Assembly: GCA_030704615.1 (NCBI GenBank)
Contig: CM060733.1
Coordinates: 806,001-870,000, forward strand
Source: Takakia lepidozioides
Lineage: Eukaryota; Plantae; Bryophyta
DNA length: 64,000 bases
Direction of reading: 5' to 3'
This document shows positions 48,255 through 61,600 of this stretch, in pieces. The position numbers and the translations under genes were made by a program. How positions within the stretch are numbered: the stretch's first letter is position 1; every line of letters begins with the position of its first letter. A model generated the notes under the pieces. The model worked only from the letters and a program-made list of their open reading frames with translations, did not search any database and was not told the origin of the DNA.

Positions 48255-48605
48255 TCATTGCGCCCAAGGAGCCATGACATTGGTATTGTTCAGCACATAC
48301 AAAATTTGTGCTGCATCTCTCCCAGCTCCAGTCATGTCCCGCTTTTTGCCGACACCTTCGAAGACCTCATCCTCAACCATTTCCTCCGCATTTGCATCCC
48401 AAAGTCCGCTGTTGAGTTGCATCAAATGATTGCATATACTCAGTCATGAACCCCATGGCCTCATCCAGAACATACCCTGCAGCCGTACTCCCTTCTGGCT
48501 TTGCGTAATTCCTAACGTATCCCTTAAGATCTTTCATGTAACGCTCCATGGGATACATCCACCGTGAAGACACCGGATGAACAGTTTTGTTTATCTCCAT
48601 GGAAT
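48255..48605 (-). pseudogene. CACTA transposase (DUF4218-like) fragment
   Basis: RWMYPMERYMKDLKGYVRNYAKPEGS.AAGY. Confidence 0.85.
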
Positions 48606-48989
48606 ACATCTATGTACTCACTTGTAACCACTAAAATGAATTTAAAAAACAAATCAAAGTGCAAAAGATTTAAAAAAAACACATTGGCTGATAAGTGCAG
48701 AGTGTGTCGCCCTGGTGGTTTAGGGTTCAAACCCGCTGCATGACTCCATGTGTGGGATTGTTTGTGACGACGGTATGTCTGGGCATTGATCCTCTTGTAG
48801 GTCTCATGGCCCATAAATGAAAGGGGGTTAATTTTTCCCCCTCCTCAAGGGCCTGAGGTTTCATTTAAAATTTATTTAAAAAAAAAAATTTGCTTATAGG
48901 GTTTGTGAAAAGGTTAAAAAACTTAAAAAGTTGCCCATCACGTATGTACAATATATACATACTTTTGGGGGGAAATTTCAAATGTGTGC

Positions 48990-49052
48990 ATGTAGCGTAC
49001 TGGTAAGGGCTCTTCCTGCGTGTCGTGGGGTCGCGGGTTCAAACTCCTCGCG
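48990..49052 (+). other. tRNA-derived (SINE-like) A/B box sequence
   Basis: TAGCGTACTGG and GGTTCAAACTC with tRNA-like spacing; no convincing cloverleaf. Confidence 0.4.
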
Positions 49053-49739
49053 TTGTTTTTTTCCCCCTTATGCACTAAGCCCCACTAAGCCTTATCGTTG
49101 CTGTGCACACTAAGTCCTCGTGCAGGTTGGTCTTAGCAGGTCGCGTTTCAATCTCTGCTCGCTCAGCTGCACCGTGGTGGTTCTCATGGACAATCCGACA
49201 TTACTTGACTACAGACACAAGCAGCACACACAAGAGGTTCGTTTGGGTTCATGGTCTGTCAAATCCTCCATGGGTCATGACACAAGGTCGACGACAATGT
49301 GGTTAGGGCACCTTCTTCTTCGACCTATTTCAGCCTGTTTTGCCCTCCCATCAAACTCGGCCCTGAATTTGCAGCACGGAGCAAAGCTCGCATGAGTTTT
49401 TACGATCTTTCATGATGGTGGGACAATCGCAATTGCAAGGTGTGGTTTTTTTTTAATGTAGGATGTGAAGAAGTTTGTCCATCCTGCAAATGTGGGCTTT
49501 TGGCTCCTGTTAGTACCATGATTTGGTATTCTTCCTGATGTTTACAAGGTTCTTGGGAGAGTCAGCTTGGTCTTAGCAGGTCGTGTTTCAATCTTTGCTC
49601 GCTTAGCTGCACCATGGTGGTTCTCATGGACCAATGCGATGTTTTTTTTTCCCCTCAAGCACTAAGCCCCACTAAGCCCTATCGCTGTTGCGCACTTAAG
49701 TCCTCGCTGATGTTTACAAGGTTCTTGGGAGAGTCAGCT

Positions 49740-51690
49740 TGGTCAAGGGTATGCATGGCAGGGACGTGGGATGGAGGCTTTGGAGACCTATGAGCAAATG
49801 ATGGGGGAAGCACATCGTGTTTGTGTGCATTTGCAATGCTTGTGCAAGCTTGGCAGCCCTGGAGAAGGGCAAGAGGTGCATGGGGATATTATCAAAGCTG
49901 GAATTGTGCCAAATGTCAATCTGAACACTGCCCTGACAGTTTTGGAAAAGGGGAAAAAGGTCCATGGCGTCATCTTCAGAGCTGGAATTGTATCAAATGT
50001 CATTCTGAACAAAACCCTGGTGAACATGTTTGCAAAATGTGGGTGCATCTAGGATGCAAAGGGAGTGTTTGACACTATGGCTGAACGAGATGTGGTGTCG
50101 TGGAGTGCGATGCTTGCAGGGACGTGGGATGGAGGCTTTGGAGAGCTATGAGCAGATGATGGGGGAAGCACATCATGTTTGTGTGCATTTGCAATGCTTG
50201 TGCAAGCCTGGCAGCCGGCCTGGAGAAGGGCAAGAGGTGCATGGGGATATCATCAAAGCTGGAATTGTGCCAAATGTCAATCTGAACACTGCCCTGGCAG
50301 CTTAGGGGAAAGAGGTCCATGGCGACATCTTCAGAGCTGGAATTGTACCAAATGTTAGTCTGAACCATACCCTGGTGGACATGTATGCGAAATGTGGGTG
50401 CATCGAGCCTGGATGAGGGCAAAGAGGTGCATGGGGTATCATCAAAGCTGGAATTGTACCAAATGTCATTATGAACACTGCCCTGGCAGCTCTGGAAAAA
50501 GGGGAAAGAGGTCCATGGCGACATCTTCAGAGTTGGAATTGTACCAAATGTCATTCTGAACCATACCCTGGTGGACATTTATGCAAAATGTAGGTGCATC
50601 GAGCTTGGACAAGGGCAAAGCGGCGCATGGGGTATCATCAAAGCTGGAATTGTACCAAATGTCATTATGAACACTGCCCTGGCAGCTCTGGAAAAAGGGG
50701 AAAGAGGTCCATGGCGACATCTTCAGAGCTGGAATTGTACCAAATGTCATTCTGAACCATACCCTGGTGGACATGTTTGCAAAATGTGGGTGCAAAGGGA
50801 TCTAGGATCTAGGATGCAAAGGGAGTGTTCGACACTATGGCTGAACGAGATGTGGTGTCGTGGAGTGCAATGCTGGTCCAGGGTATGCACGGCAGGGACG
50901 TGGGATGGAGGCTTTGGAGACCTATGAGCAAAGGATGGGAAAGCTCATCATGTTTGTGTGCATTTGCAATTCTTGTGCAAGCCTGGCAGCCCTGGAGAAG
51001 GGCCAGAGGTGCATGGGGATATCATCAAAGCTGGAATTGTGCCAAATGTCAATCTGAACACTGCCCTAGCAGCTTTGGAAAAGGGGAAAGAGGTCCATGG
51101 TGACATCTTTAGAGTTGGAATTCTACCAGATGTAATTCTGAACAATACCCTGGTGAACATGTTTGCAAAATGTGGGTGCATCTAGGATGCAAAGGGTGTG
51201 TTCGACACTATGGCTGAACGAGATGTGGTGTCATGGAGTGCCATGCTTGTAGGGTATGCATGGCAGGGACGTGGGATGGAGGCTTTGGAGAGCTATGAGC
51301 AAATGATGGGGGAAGCACATCATGTTTGTGTGCATTTGCAATGTTTGTGCAAGCCTGACAGCCGGCCTGGAGAAGGGCAAAAGGTGCATGGGGATATCAT
51401 CAAAGCTGGAATTGTGCCAAATGTCAATCTGAACACTGCCTTGGCAGCTTAGGGGAAAGTGGTGCATGGTGACATCTTCAGAGTATTATTGTACCAGATG
51501 TCATTCTGAACAAAACCCTGGTGAACATGTTTGCAAAATGTGGGTGCATCTAGGATGCAAAGGGAGTGTTCGACACTATGGCTGAACGAGATGTGGTGTC
51601 GTGGAGTGCGATGCTTGCATGGTATGCACGGCAGGGACGTGGGATGGAAGCTTTGGAGAGCTATGAGCAAATGATGGGGAAGCACATCAT
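49740..51690 (+). pseudogene. Tandemly amplified PLS-class PPR fragments
   Basis: Repeated GKEVHGDII.AGIVPNVILN.TLV.M[FY]AKCG and FDTMAERDVVSWSAML.GYA.QGRG.EAL, with shared stops and frameshifts. Confidence 0.9.
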
Positions 51691-52547
51691 GTTTGTGGAG
51701 AAGCTGTGGAATGAATACTTTTCTGACCCCAGTCAATGGTGGGACAACCGAGGTAAAAACTTCATGAACTTAAGGCATGAGTGGCTGATTGTTTCATTTC
51801 GAACCTGATATGCTTTGAGCCTGGTTCCGGAGATTTATCTCCAGACCTGCAATCTGCTTTTGTGATGAGTTTACAATCTGCATATATGGTGGTAAATGTT
51901 ATATATCAATGACCTGGAAACCTTGTTAGAAAGATGAATGGCTTACGAATTGGACTATGTATGGCTTGACCCATGGATTAAATTTCAAAGGGTTAGAACA
52001 TGTGTTAGGGTTTTGATACTGAATGGATGTCGGACATTGCTAGGGCGCCAGAGCATGACATTCCATGCATTCACGCCATTGGATGCCAAACTTTTTTTGG
52101 CACATTGGACCAAGGTATGTATGCATTCACGAACTGCCGACCTTGCTCGTTGCCCGGTTGACCTTATTTTCCATAATTGCTAATGAGCATGCATGCACCT
52201 GTTGGCTATCAGTTCTATACAATGTGGCCATTTACATGTTGGGTACTTCAAACTATTAATAGATGCATTGCTAAATGTAACTGCTAAGGGGTGTTGGGCG
52301 TGATGTTTGCAGGCTGAGAAAGCCACTCTTGATATTGCCACCGAAGGTGCACCAACTACGGCGCCTTCAAAGGCAACCCCCAAATATCAACCCCCTGCCA
52401 CAGTGACAGATATTCTTATGCTACCAAAAGTACTCTGCACTTTGAGTGATTGCTTATACTGGACGGTCCTCATTATCTAGTTTTCAATGTACATGTAATT
52501 CTTCATGGGTTGATTAATGTGGGTTTTATGGTGGGTGCTGTGTGCAG

Positions 52548-52817
52548 TTTAAGTTGAAGGACAAAATCAGCCTGTATGATCCTCATCTACCACGACACAG
52601 GGCTGCTAGTGGAATTGTCACTGGAGTGCCTGGCAAAGACACATATCACTGCCGTGTTATACCTGAAGGATTGTGGCGGGTTGAGGTGAATGATATCTAT
52701 ATTGCCAATTGTGTCTTGCCTCACCCTAACGAGGAAGAGGTCCCACCGCAAACAATGTTGGAGGATGTCGTTGGTCTGAATTGTCTTTGGCCAGAGAAGA
52801 ATATGAAGAGGGCTTAG
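52548..52817 (+). pseudogene. CACTA accessory (TnpA/Tnp1-like) C-terminal domain exon
   Basis: AASGIV...YHCRVIPEGLWRVEV...LPHPN...TMLEDVVG..CLWP. Confidence 0.6.
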
Positions 52818-53895
52818 ATTTCGTTCGCTCGGACATAGACATTGCTGGCAGTGGGAAGAAGGTAGGAAAACAGTTCAGTGTTCCTAGCATGCATGTGGAG
52901 ACGCCGTGTAGAAGTTAGGCTCAGACTTTTATCATGGCTGGATTTTGTTGACAGTGTTCCAACACTTAACTCTCTGGGATTCTAGTATATTTGTGGAGCT
53001 TGAAAATGGTACTTCTTTCACTACACTAGTGGTATGTGTTCCTCTAGTCATGTTCATAATCACTTGCACATCACTGTAATAGTGGTATAATTTAAAACTG
53101 TGGGGGTAGCCAAATGCACACAATTGCCTACATTACCACTCGTATAGTGGTATAAGTAGTCACATATATATTATTGTACTAGTGGTATGAATTCCTCCAG
53201 TGGTATTCCTAATCACTTACACACCATTCTGTTAGTAATCACTCCAATCCATAGTTCCCACTCAGAGAGACACCATGAATGACTCAAATAGCTTACACAC
53301 CACTCTGTGGGTAATCATTCCAATGACCTGCTGAGAGACACCATCCACTCACATAACCACTCTGTGAGTGATATTGTATATTCTCCGTTTTCATAGAATG
53401 ACTCTATGAGTCATTTTGTGATCACTCAACAAGTGGTTTTGGAAGTCATTGAATTTCACTCCATCCATTTTGTAGCACTGACACACGACACGTGTCCATG
53501 CTGAGAGTGTCACAACGTATCGACATAATCTCCAATATCATCCACGGACCACCGGCTTACACGTCTCCACTACAAAACGGAAGTGGTTACTTTACCACTA
53601 TGACATGTCAGTTTACCACTGTGACACGTCATAAGTGGTTGGTTTACCTCTGTGACACGTCATTGACATGTCACAGTGGTTAATTTACCACTGTGACACG
53701 TCAGCTAATAGGTGGACCCGGACGTGAGTGGTTCGAACCACTGTCCTTAACCACCGGTGCCACGTAATGTCTTTTACCACTCATTTGTCCTAATGCACTG
53801 GTTCTTCATCACTCTGAGGCCAGAGTGGTTTAGTGTCTTTTACCACTCAAAATGAGTAGTTAACAGAGTGGTTATTCCGTGTTTTTCTTCTAGTG

Positions 53896-55229
53896 TGACC
53901 CCTTTCTGAAAGTTGGCCTTGTTAACAGATCTGACCTGCTTAATTCCTGCACGGCCCTTAGCTGGAATCACAACGTTATTGGTCTCCCTTTGTTGGTGCA
54001 TGGCCCTTTCCACCACTCTGACTAAGCCCTTCAACTTTTCCAACTCCCCGGGCACCGTCATTATCAGATCCATTGGAGAAAGGGAGATTCTTCCTTTGTA
54101 AAAGTGACTTGAGTATTCGGGACATGGTGCCCACCTCCACTCCTCTCGGTATGCGTGGGGCAGATCCTTCAGGTATGGCTCCAGTAGTGCCTTGACTCTC
54201 CTCCTGTGCAGATTCAGAAACCCTTCCAGGATTGACATGAGCTGGCAGCGGCATAGGTGTTCGGTTTCTGGGCAATCTGACCTCATTCATATCATTCTCC
54301 CTCATCAAGGCAGTCATTTCTGCCAAAACTTCGTCTTCATCCTCACAATAGACTCCCACAAAGTGAGTTCCAGGAGTACCTGCACCTTCTTGCTCCATCT
54401 TTCGTTTGCATGTACTCTCAGTGTGCCCCAATATTTCGTAGAAAGAGCATCTAACTCCACACATCTCTGTCCGGTGGCCAGGCCTGTGGCATTTTCCACA
54501 AGTCATCTGTGCCCTCCCCGTAGGACATGTGGCCGCTATGTGTCCCTTTTGACCGCAATTGTTGCAGGTTCGCACCTCTTGAGTACTCATCATTCTACTC
54601 GATGAGGCTTCTCCAACTACAGGTCCCTTGGCAAAGTACTTCTGCAACGTGCTCGTGAGGTCATCAAGTCTTCTGTCCAAAGGGTTGATGTGAAAGGCGT
54701 CTTGCAGCTCTTCACCATCCAGAGGTTCAAGTGGAGTTTCACCCAACTTTCAAAGACCTCTTTCTATTTCTATTGCCGTTTCCAGTGCCTCCTCTATGTC
54801 ATGAAATCGCCTGCCTAACATGGCCCTCATGATTTATGGCCTTAGCCCTCCTACAAAGCGTCGGCACTGCTCAAGATCGGGAATTCCCCCTTTCAGAAAC
54901 AGACGACTCAGTTTGTCAAAGTAGGTTTGAACCCTCTGCCTATTTTCTTGCTTGATCGCATCTAGCCTCATTTCTATTTCTGCCATGTCTACAGTACCAA
55001 ACTTGGTTGTGATAACAGCTTGAAAGTCAGGCCAGTTGTCTGGCCGTGGATTCTGCTTTCAAAACCACTCGTCAGCTTTAGACCTAAGGTTCAATCTAGC
55101 TACTTTGAACATCTTATCGGGTGTCAGGTCTTGGACATCTCCAAACATTTGTATTCTGTCTACCCAATCATGCACGTCCTCATTTTCTCTACCAAAGAAG
55201 GGAGCATCAACACCAGCAGGGCTGGTCAT
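53896..55229 (-). mobile_element. gag: Gypsy gag of the element interrupted by the CACTA
   Basis: MTSPAGVDAPFFGRENEDVHDWV...ARLNLRSKADEWF; knuckles CNNCGQKGHIAATC and CGKCHRPGHRTEMC. Confidence 0.85.
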
Positions 55230-55562
55230 GATTATCCTTCTTATAAGACTTAGGCAACTTCTTCAGACCTCAATAGTGCAGATTTCAGCAAGCAGCAATA
55301 GTGACAGCCCTAATTTTGCCTCGGCATGGATGACTCCTAGGCATAGATCACCATCATACAATCTCCACGAAGGATTGAAGAAGTAGAGCCTAGGTTCAGA
55401 ATGCACATTTCCAGCATGCTGGCTAAAACAGATCAAGATGTCTCCAATGGCTGGTTCGTCTGGGATCAGGGTATGATCACGTCCAGCCATAGAGAAACAT
55501 CACACACACAGCAAATACACACACAGCCTCAAACAAAAAAATCTAAGTCCTCAAGACGACAA

Positions 55563-55574
55563 GCTCTGATACCA
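55563..55574 (-). promoter_or_regulatory. tRNA-iMet primer binding site
   Basis: Reverse strand TGGTATCAGAGC upstream of gag. Confidence 0.85.
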
Positions 55575-58131
55575 AAAGAGGGCCCCCATTTTTACCCTAA
55601 CTATCTATACTGCACAGTCAGAGTTGTAACCAAATTACTCACCACAACCGCCGCAGCGGAAGAGAAGACAGTCATGGCGCGCTCCCGTTGATCTCATGAA
55701 GAGTGGTGATTGCATGTGCTCATGTGATTCTCTCTGTACACAACTAATCATCCACAGCGTGAGTATGCCCGTGAGGGTCACCAAGTACAAGCATTTGTTA
55801 TGGCCGCAACACCTTTGAATTTGTTTGATCAAGCTGTGCAGTAGCTTACCCGGCCCCTCTCCTTCTCTTATCTTTTCTCCTCACTCTTATGTTCTTTCTG
55901 AGAACCATCACAGGGCTGGTTCACATTCTCTGTTTAGCCATGCAACCTAAGTGGCCATATCATCTCTGGAGTTGATCTTATTTGTGCACTCAAGCTCACC
56001 ATCTACTCTGTTTTCTCTCAGCTCACTCTGCAGAGAAGAGATGATACTGACAGCCACCCACCAGCTACGTATGGAGTCATCACGAGCTCTTAAACATTCT
56101 TCCACCATCTCTAACTTTCTGGCTTCACCGTTCCCCTTTTCTTGGACGATCTCTTATCCCCAAACTGCAAGTTCCATGGACATGAATGGATATAGAACTA
56201 CTCAGGCTGACTGTGGCTTGTGCAATCTAATGTGCAGGGCAGGGTATGATTACACTCGACAGAAATCTGGTCATTTCCTTCTGTTACAACCTCATCTCTT
56301 AAGGCCTACTTAATCTCACTCAGGCAGCGGGCTCTCCAGAACGTATCCATAATCAGGCACCAACATGCTTCAACCTTCAGCCAACTCCCTCCTTCTCACT
56401 CTCCACTCTCAATACTTCAACAGCCAAATCATCACCTCACCCAAGACAGCAAGTCATCCCACTACAACTTCATGCCTTCAGTCCCAACATTGCACTAATT
56501 TGATAAATCCAACATTTCCTCTCCTTCTTGCCTACCGTATACAGGGTACCACGGAAATCTGACATTCCATTTGCTACAACAAAATCAAAGTTGCAATCTC
56601 TCTCTAGGGTTTCATAACGAGAACAACAAGATCTCCCAAAACAATAGATGACACTTCAACTTCTTTACTGCCAATCAAATTCAACAGCCTGATTCAGGTG
56701 AACATTCCAGCAACCACCATATTTCACCCACAACCTACTTGTCCATTGCATCCTACCTCACCCTCCAACTGGCTTTGCTCAATCCTTCACCTTCACTGCT
56801 TTCAGCCTCCCAATCACCCCAAAAACTCGCGTTCCACCTGCCTCGCAACCGCTTATATGCCTTTCTCCATCCCCTCCGGTGATGATCGTCCCGTCCCCTC
56901 TAGCAGTTTTTACAGACTGTCTTCATAACGCCGATGCTATCCTATCTTGGCCCTTAGATTCTCTCTCAGACGCAGATCATCCTCTGCTATTCTAATCGAG
57001 CACTCCGGGCATCAAAGCCTCCTGCAGTTTCTAGATCTGCCATCATTCCCATATCACAAACGCTGCTCACGAGATTGCATGGACCCCCTAAATGACAAAT
57101 GTTTATGCATAAAAGACTCACTGCTGCTCCACATATGTCACAAGCCGTATCTGATTTGCAGCAGAAGCTCTTCATCACAAACCACTTTTTGAAGCACACT
57201 CTCCACTATGCTGTCATGAAACTAGGGCAGATGAATGATATCAACTACATCATCAGAGCTGCACCAAAAATCATTCATTACTACATTAACACAATGTCAC
57301 TATACTTGGGAAAATTTGCAACACATGAGAGACCATATCTTCCCACTACACTCTAATACAAAATCCTCTCTATCGTCTTGAGCACATCTGCCACTGAGCT
57401 GATCCCGGCACATTGCGAAGGTGAAAGCCAAACTCCGAAACTTTATTGCGCGTAACTTAGAGCAATGTGTACATTTGAGGGTTGCAGGATTCATTTCTCC
57501 AGCTCAAGTGGATTAATCTGAGTATTAAATTTCTCAAGTGTTCCGGTACTTCGCTGCGTCTTTAGTTTCGTTTCTGTCACAGTGGAGTCAGAAGCTCAAA
57601 ATCGAACATCCGATGTCCATGTGAAGCTCAGCTAGGATGCAAAACCTGTTGACCACTTGCTATTTGCATGCCCAGGTGCCCCATTTTGTCACCTCTTCAG
57701 ATAGCGTTCGAAACAGTTTGTGTTTGTCTTTAAGCAGTCTACTTTTCAACAGCTGGTGTTCGGTGAGCTACAGTTTTTTTGATATACATGTATGTATAGC
57801 CTGAATCCTTTTGAACAAGAGTCTTTCTCTCAGCTTCCTCGAGCTATCATTCCATTTCATTTCGAGATCTCTCTCTCTCTCTACGTGATCAAACCCTTAT
57901 GCATATGCATTCCATCGACAAAGAGCTCACTACCAGAGTCTTTGGAAGGCCATTACCATTCTAATTGCACAGAGGCACGTCCCCGTACTGGAGCAAATCC
58001 TCGAGCGATGGAAACCGTCTTTTTCCCTCTTTCCCTTAATCTCCCCCCCCCCTTACTCCTCAATCCAGATTCGAAAGTCCACATCACACCGCATGGTAAC
58101 GGAACTTTGCATCTTCTCATTGCAGGCAGAT

Positions 58132-58640
58132 CTATAGCACTTCAGCTGTAACCTGTCCAAGAGAGAGAAGCTCCTCTGCGGTATCCATAAGACTTTCTTT
58201 CAAAGCCTGCAAATGAGCCACGTTCCATGTCTGCCACTCTTTCCTATCTTTGTCGGTAAGGGGCGGGTTGAATCTTGTCCGAAACTCGTTTGAACCCAGG
58301 AAGTTCTCAACTGTTTTGCCAACTAGAACCAAGTGTATCTTCTCTCTGTTGGCCACTGCTGCCATGTAAATGATAGCCTGTTGCATGGTTCCTCCCTTTC
58401 CCCAGGCTTCCATGAATTCGCTGGTGGATCCATCTGGGCCAAGATTCAGAATTGAACCGCAAACTGCAGCAGATATTTGTTCTAAGGAGCTTAACTGTGA
58501 CCTGCATCGATCTTCAAGCTTTGCTTTAACGTAGGTTGCCAGCTGGAATTTTTGGCTAGCAGGAACTACAATCTCTCCCAGCCGAAATGTAGACACTTGT
58601 GGAGCAACAATCTTATTGAATTCAAACAGGAGCCTGTCCC
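58132..58640 (-). other. Probable exon of an unassigned, decayed multi-exon gene
   Basis: CTGCAG acceptor, then ~165 open codons of globular composition; neighbouring exon-like pieces (~57120-57260) carry stops. Confidence 0.35.
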
Positions 58641-61600
58641 TGCAGCCGAGTTCAAATCACATCAGTTATGAATTCGGCCGGCATCAATTATACATGTACA
58701 GTCTGAAACTTGCTTCCAAGTTACAACTGCTTAAGGTCCCTTGAATTGAAGAACACTTGAAAAACCAACCCTCGCCATCTCTGTTTGCCGAGTCCAAATT
58801 TGTAGGCCAAGTCACGGGCATGCATATGCTCTGAAAGAGTTAGCTCGCCAGTTCACGAATGTATGACCTTGTTCACGAATTGAAATATCTCAATTTGTAT
58901 TTAACAACGTTCGACTAGGGGATCCGAGCAACTTTCCTTACTCAAGTAAGCTGCCTGGATCCCCTGAGGTAGTGATTGGAGTGGACGACCGTGGTCCGAC
59001 CGAGAAAGAGATGTAGACAAGAGAGAGTGCCCCGGAGTGAGATCTAGCCAGCTTAGTCACAACCATTGAATCATGTCTCATTAAGAGTCCCATACCTGTC
59101 AGATGCATTCTCGAAGTTCTCCGGACAGATCTTGGTCATGCGATCCTTGACAAGCAAAGGTAACAATGGCGAGGTCGCCCTCTTCCACGGCGCTGTAATC
59201 CATTGGACGCTCCCGAAGGAGTATAGAGTCCTGTAAGAATCTCGTACTGTTGATCCTAAGAATTCTGCTGTCCAATACTGCCCAAGGCTTCCTCGAAGGA
59301 CTCGTACAAACCAACGACCCACCGCGAGGATGAAGCCGAGCATTCTTAACGCCCACGTGCAAAGCTGCACCGCGTGTGGAGTGACTTGAAGTTCAGCTTT
59401 GCTTGCAGATGCAGTCTTTTGAACCGGCCTCGGGGGTCTTCTTAAGTGACCTGTTTTCAACCTGCTTCCCTTAACATAATTTCTGGACCTTATAAGTCTC
59501 CCGCGTGGATTCTCGGAGGTCCATTTGCCGTTGATTGTAGATTGTTTGAATCTGCTGTATTCTTCTCCTTCACAATCTAACATCACAGACAGTCGCAAAC
59601 GCAGAATTTTCACTCGTAATTCTTTTCTCGGAAGTGAGACTCTCTCTCTATGCCGTCCAAAGACTCTTCGATTCAGAATCTTTTAGTTGCTATCTCGTGA
59701 CATTCATGAGCATTGGCGCACATCAGCAATTCTGTGCAGACACAGTTGCCTCACAGTTGCAGCACTCTAGAGAAGAAATCTATTGATCATTCGACGACCA
59801 GTTGCTAACATATGATCCCCCTGTCTGGGACTGCAAATTAAACCTAAAGTTCAGTTCCAGAAGAAGACTGCTTATAACGTGATCGCTTTTCTTCAAAAAT
59901 TTGAGTTTCGGTCTATAGTTTTCTGGTAGCGCCTTCCCAGGGAAGGAAATTTCACCGCAGATTGTTTAGTACTCTAGCTCTGCACAGTACAGCGTGCTGC
60001 ACTGCCGCAGTCATGAGTACGCTAGCGTCAACACTTAAAAGTGTGATTAAGTGATCCAGGCTCAATTCCACAATTTTCTCTCATCTGAGCCCATAGTCCT
60101 TATAGTGTTTACAGATCTTTAAAAGTTTCCATCTCAAAACTCAAGAACTTTACCCAGGTTTAACTAGCGTGCTCTCTCAGGTTGGCATCCTCTCCTCGAC
60201 TGCCGTGCTACTCTGAGCTACAGATACCTGTAGGTATATCGAACTTCTCTTGGCTAAATTTGAGCAATGATCCCTCGCCCTCAGCGACAAAGCCCCAGCT
60301 AGGTCTAACTCTCTCAGGCTACCCTGTTCACGAAGCTTTCCACCTCTCCATGCGTGGAGCTGTCTCTAGTGTGGTACACTTGTTCCACAGTCTTTGCTAC
60401 GGTATCTATCCGACGTCTGCAAGGGCTCAACGCCTAGATCTTTGAGCCCTGTCCATGGCTCTGCATGCTCCCAGCGGTCCTCTGTGCAAGCTGCAGCTCA
60501 GTGGGGCAGCTCAATAATGCAACTTAGGTCCACGGACCCATGTCCTTTCTTCCTCAAATAAGGCTGAGGTGGGTGTGCGAGGTACAAAAGCAAAGCCCGA
60601 GGGCCCCGCCGCCACTGCCACACCCTTACCTCATGTCGTCTCTCTCCTCTCCTCATCTCACTCCCCATGCACTCTAGCCTGGGCCCTCTCCTCTTCACAA
60701 GCCCTTTTGGCATACATACTGAAATGGGAGTTGAGCCCAGGATCAACCTTGTGGCAGCCCACCCGGGCTACCCAGTTGAAGAAGACAAGACTCCCAGGCC
60801 TGAATTCTTTACTTTCCTTGGCCCCACGGTGTCCGACTGATGTGTCGGAGGCATAGCAGAAAATGTCAGCAATTCATGAACCCAAACTTATCTTACCAAC
60901 AGCATGTATCAAGATATTTCCTTTGAATCTATGTTTCTAGAAAAACGAAGAGCTCCAAAAACAAATACCAAGACGTGCAGCATGTTGCTATGGAGGGATC
61001 ATTGATCATTGCAGGCGGGATCGCTGACCGAAAAGGAAAGATAATTAATGCTCGAGTATGGTTGATGCATCATAGCAGATATAGAACTGCCACAACAAAA
61101 ATGAGAGCAACAGTCCAGACTTCCAGACACCATTCATTTGCAGTCAATATCCGTTATTCCCACCAATTCGTAAATTCTATGTCTTGTGGGCTAAGATGGG
61201 CAAAATCCAAATTGGAGTTCTAATGGGCAGGACCCACAAAAAAGATCTATACAATTTCCCCCTTTCCCCATCTCAAACAAAAACTTTATGTGAATTCGGA
61301 TTCTTGCGCGTACTGTGGCTGAGATACACCGACAAACGTATCTTTTGGTTTGAATTTGAGTCTTGGATCGATTGCACGTGCTGCAAGCTTTTGAACCCTG
61401 GAGCCTGCAGAGTATTTTTCGTAGAAAGCTGTTGTTTGGTCGTCTCGCAGTGCGTTTTCGATTGAATGTGCGATCAGAGGGAGCCCCCGTAGAGGCATTA
61501 CGTTCGTACATTCATGAGATGTACGTATATCAATCAATTGGTTGGCCGACCACAGGGATACTATTCGCTGTGGTGAGAGCCAGATCACCTCTCGATCATT

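Larger units (their letters stand above)
47018..53895. mobile_element. CACTA (En/Spm) element, 6878 bp, non-autonomous, carrying cargo
   Basis: TIRs CACTAGAAGAAAAAC...GAATAACCACT at both ends, 3-bp TSD TGA (47015-47017, 53896-53898), many AACCACT/AGTGGTT subterminal repeats. Confidence 0.95.

Noticed and set aside
48990-49060. Functional tRNA gene
   Set aside because: Acceptor and anticodon stems do not pair convincingly.
49740-51808. Functional PPR editing-factor gene
   Set aside because: Repeated stops and frameshifts, no E/DYW domain, and it lies inside CACTA TIRs.
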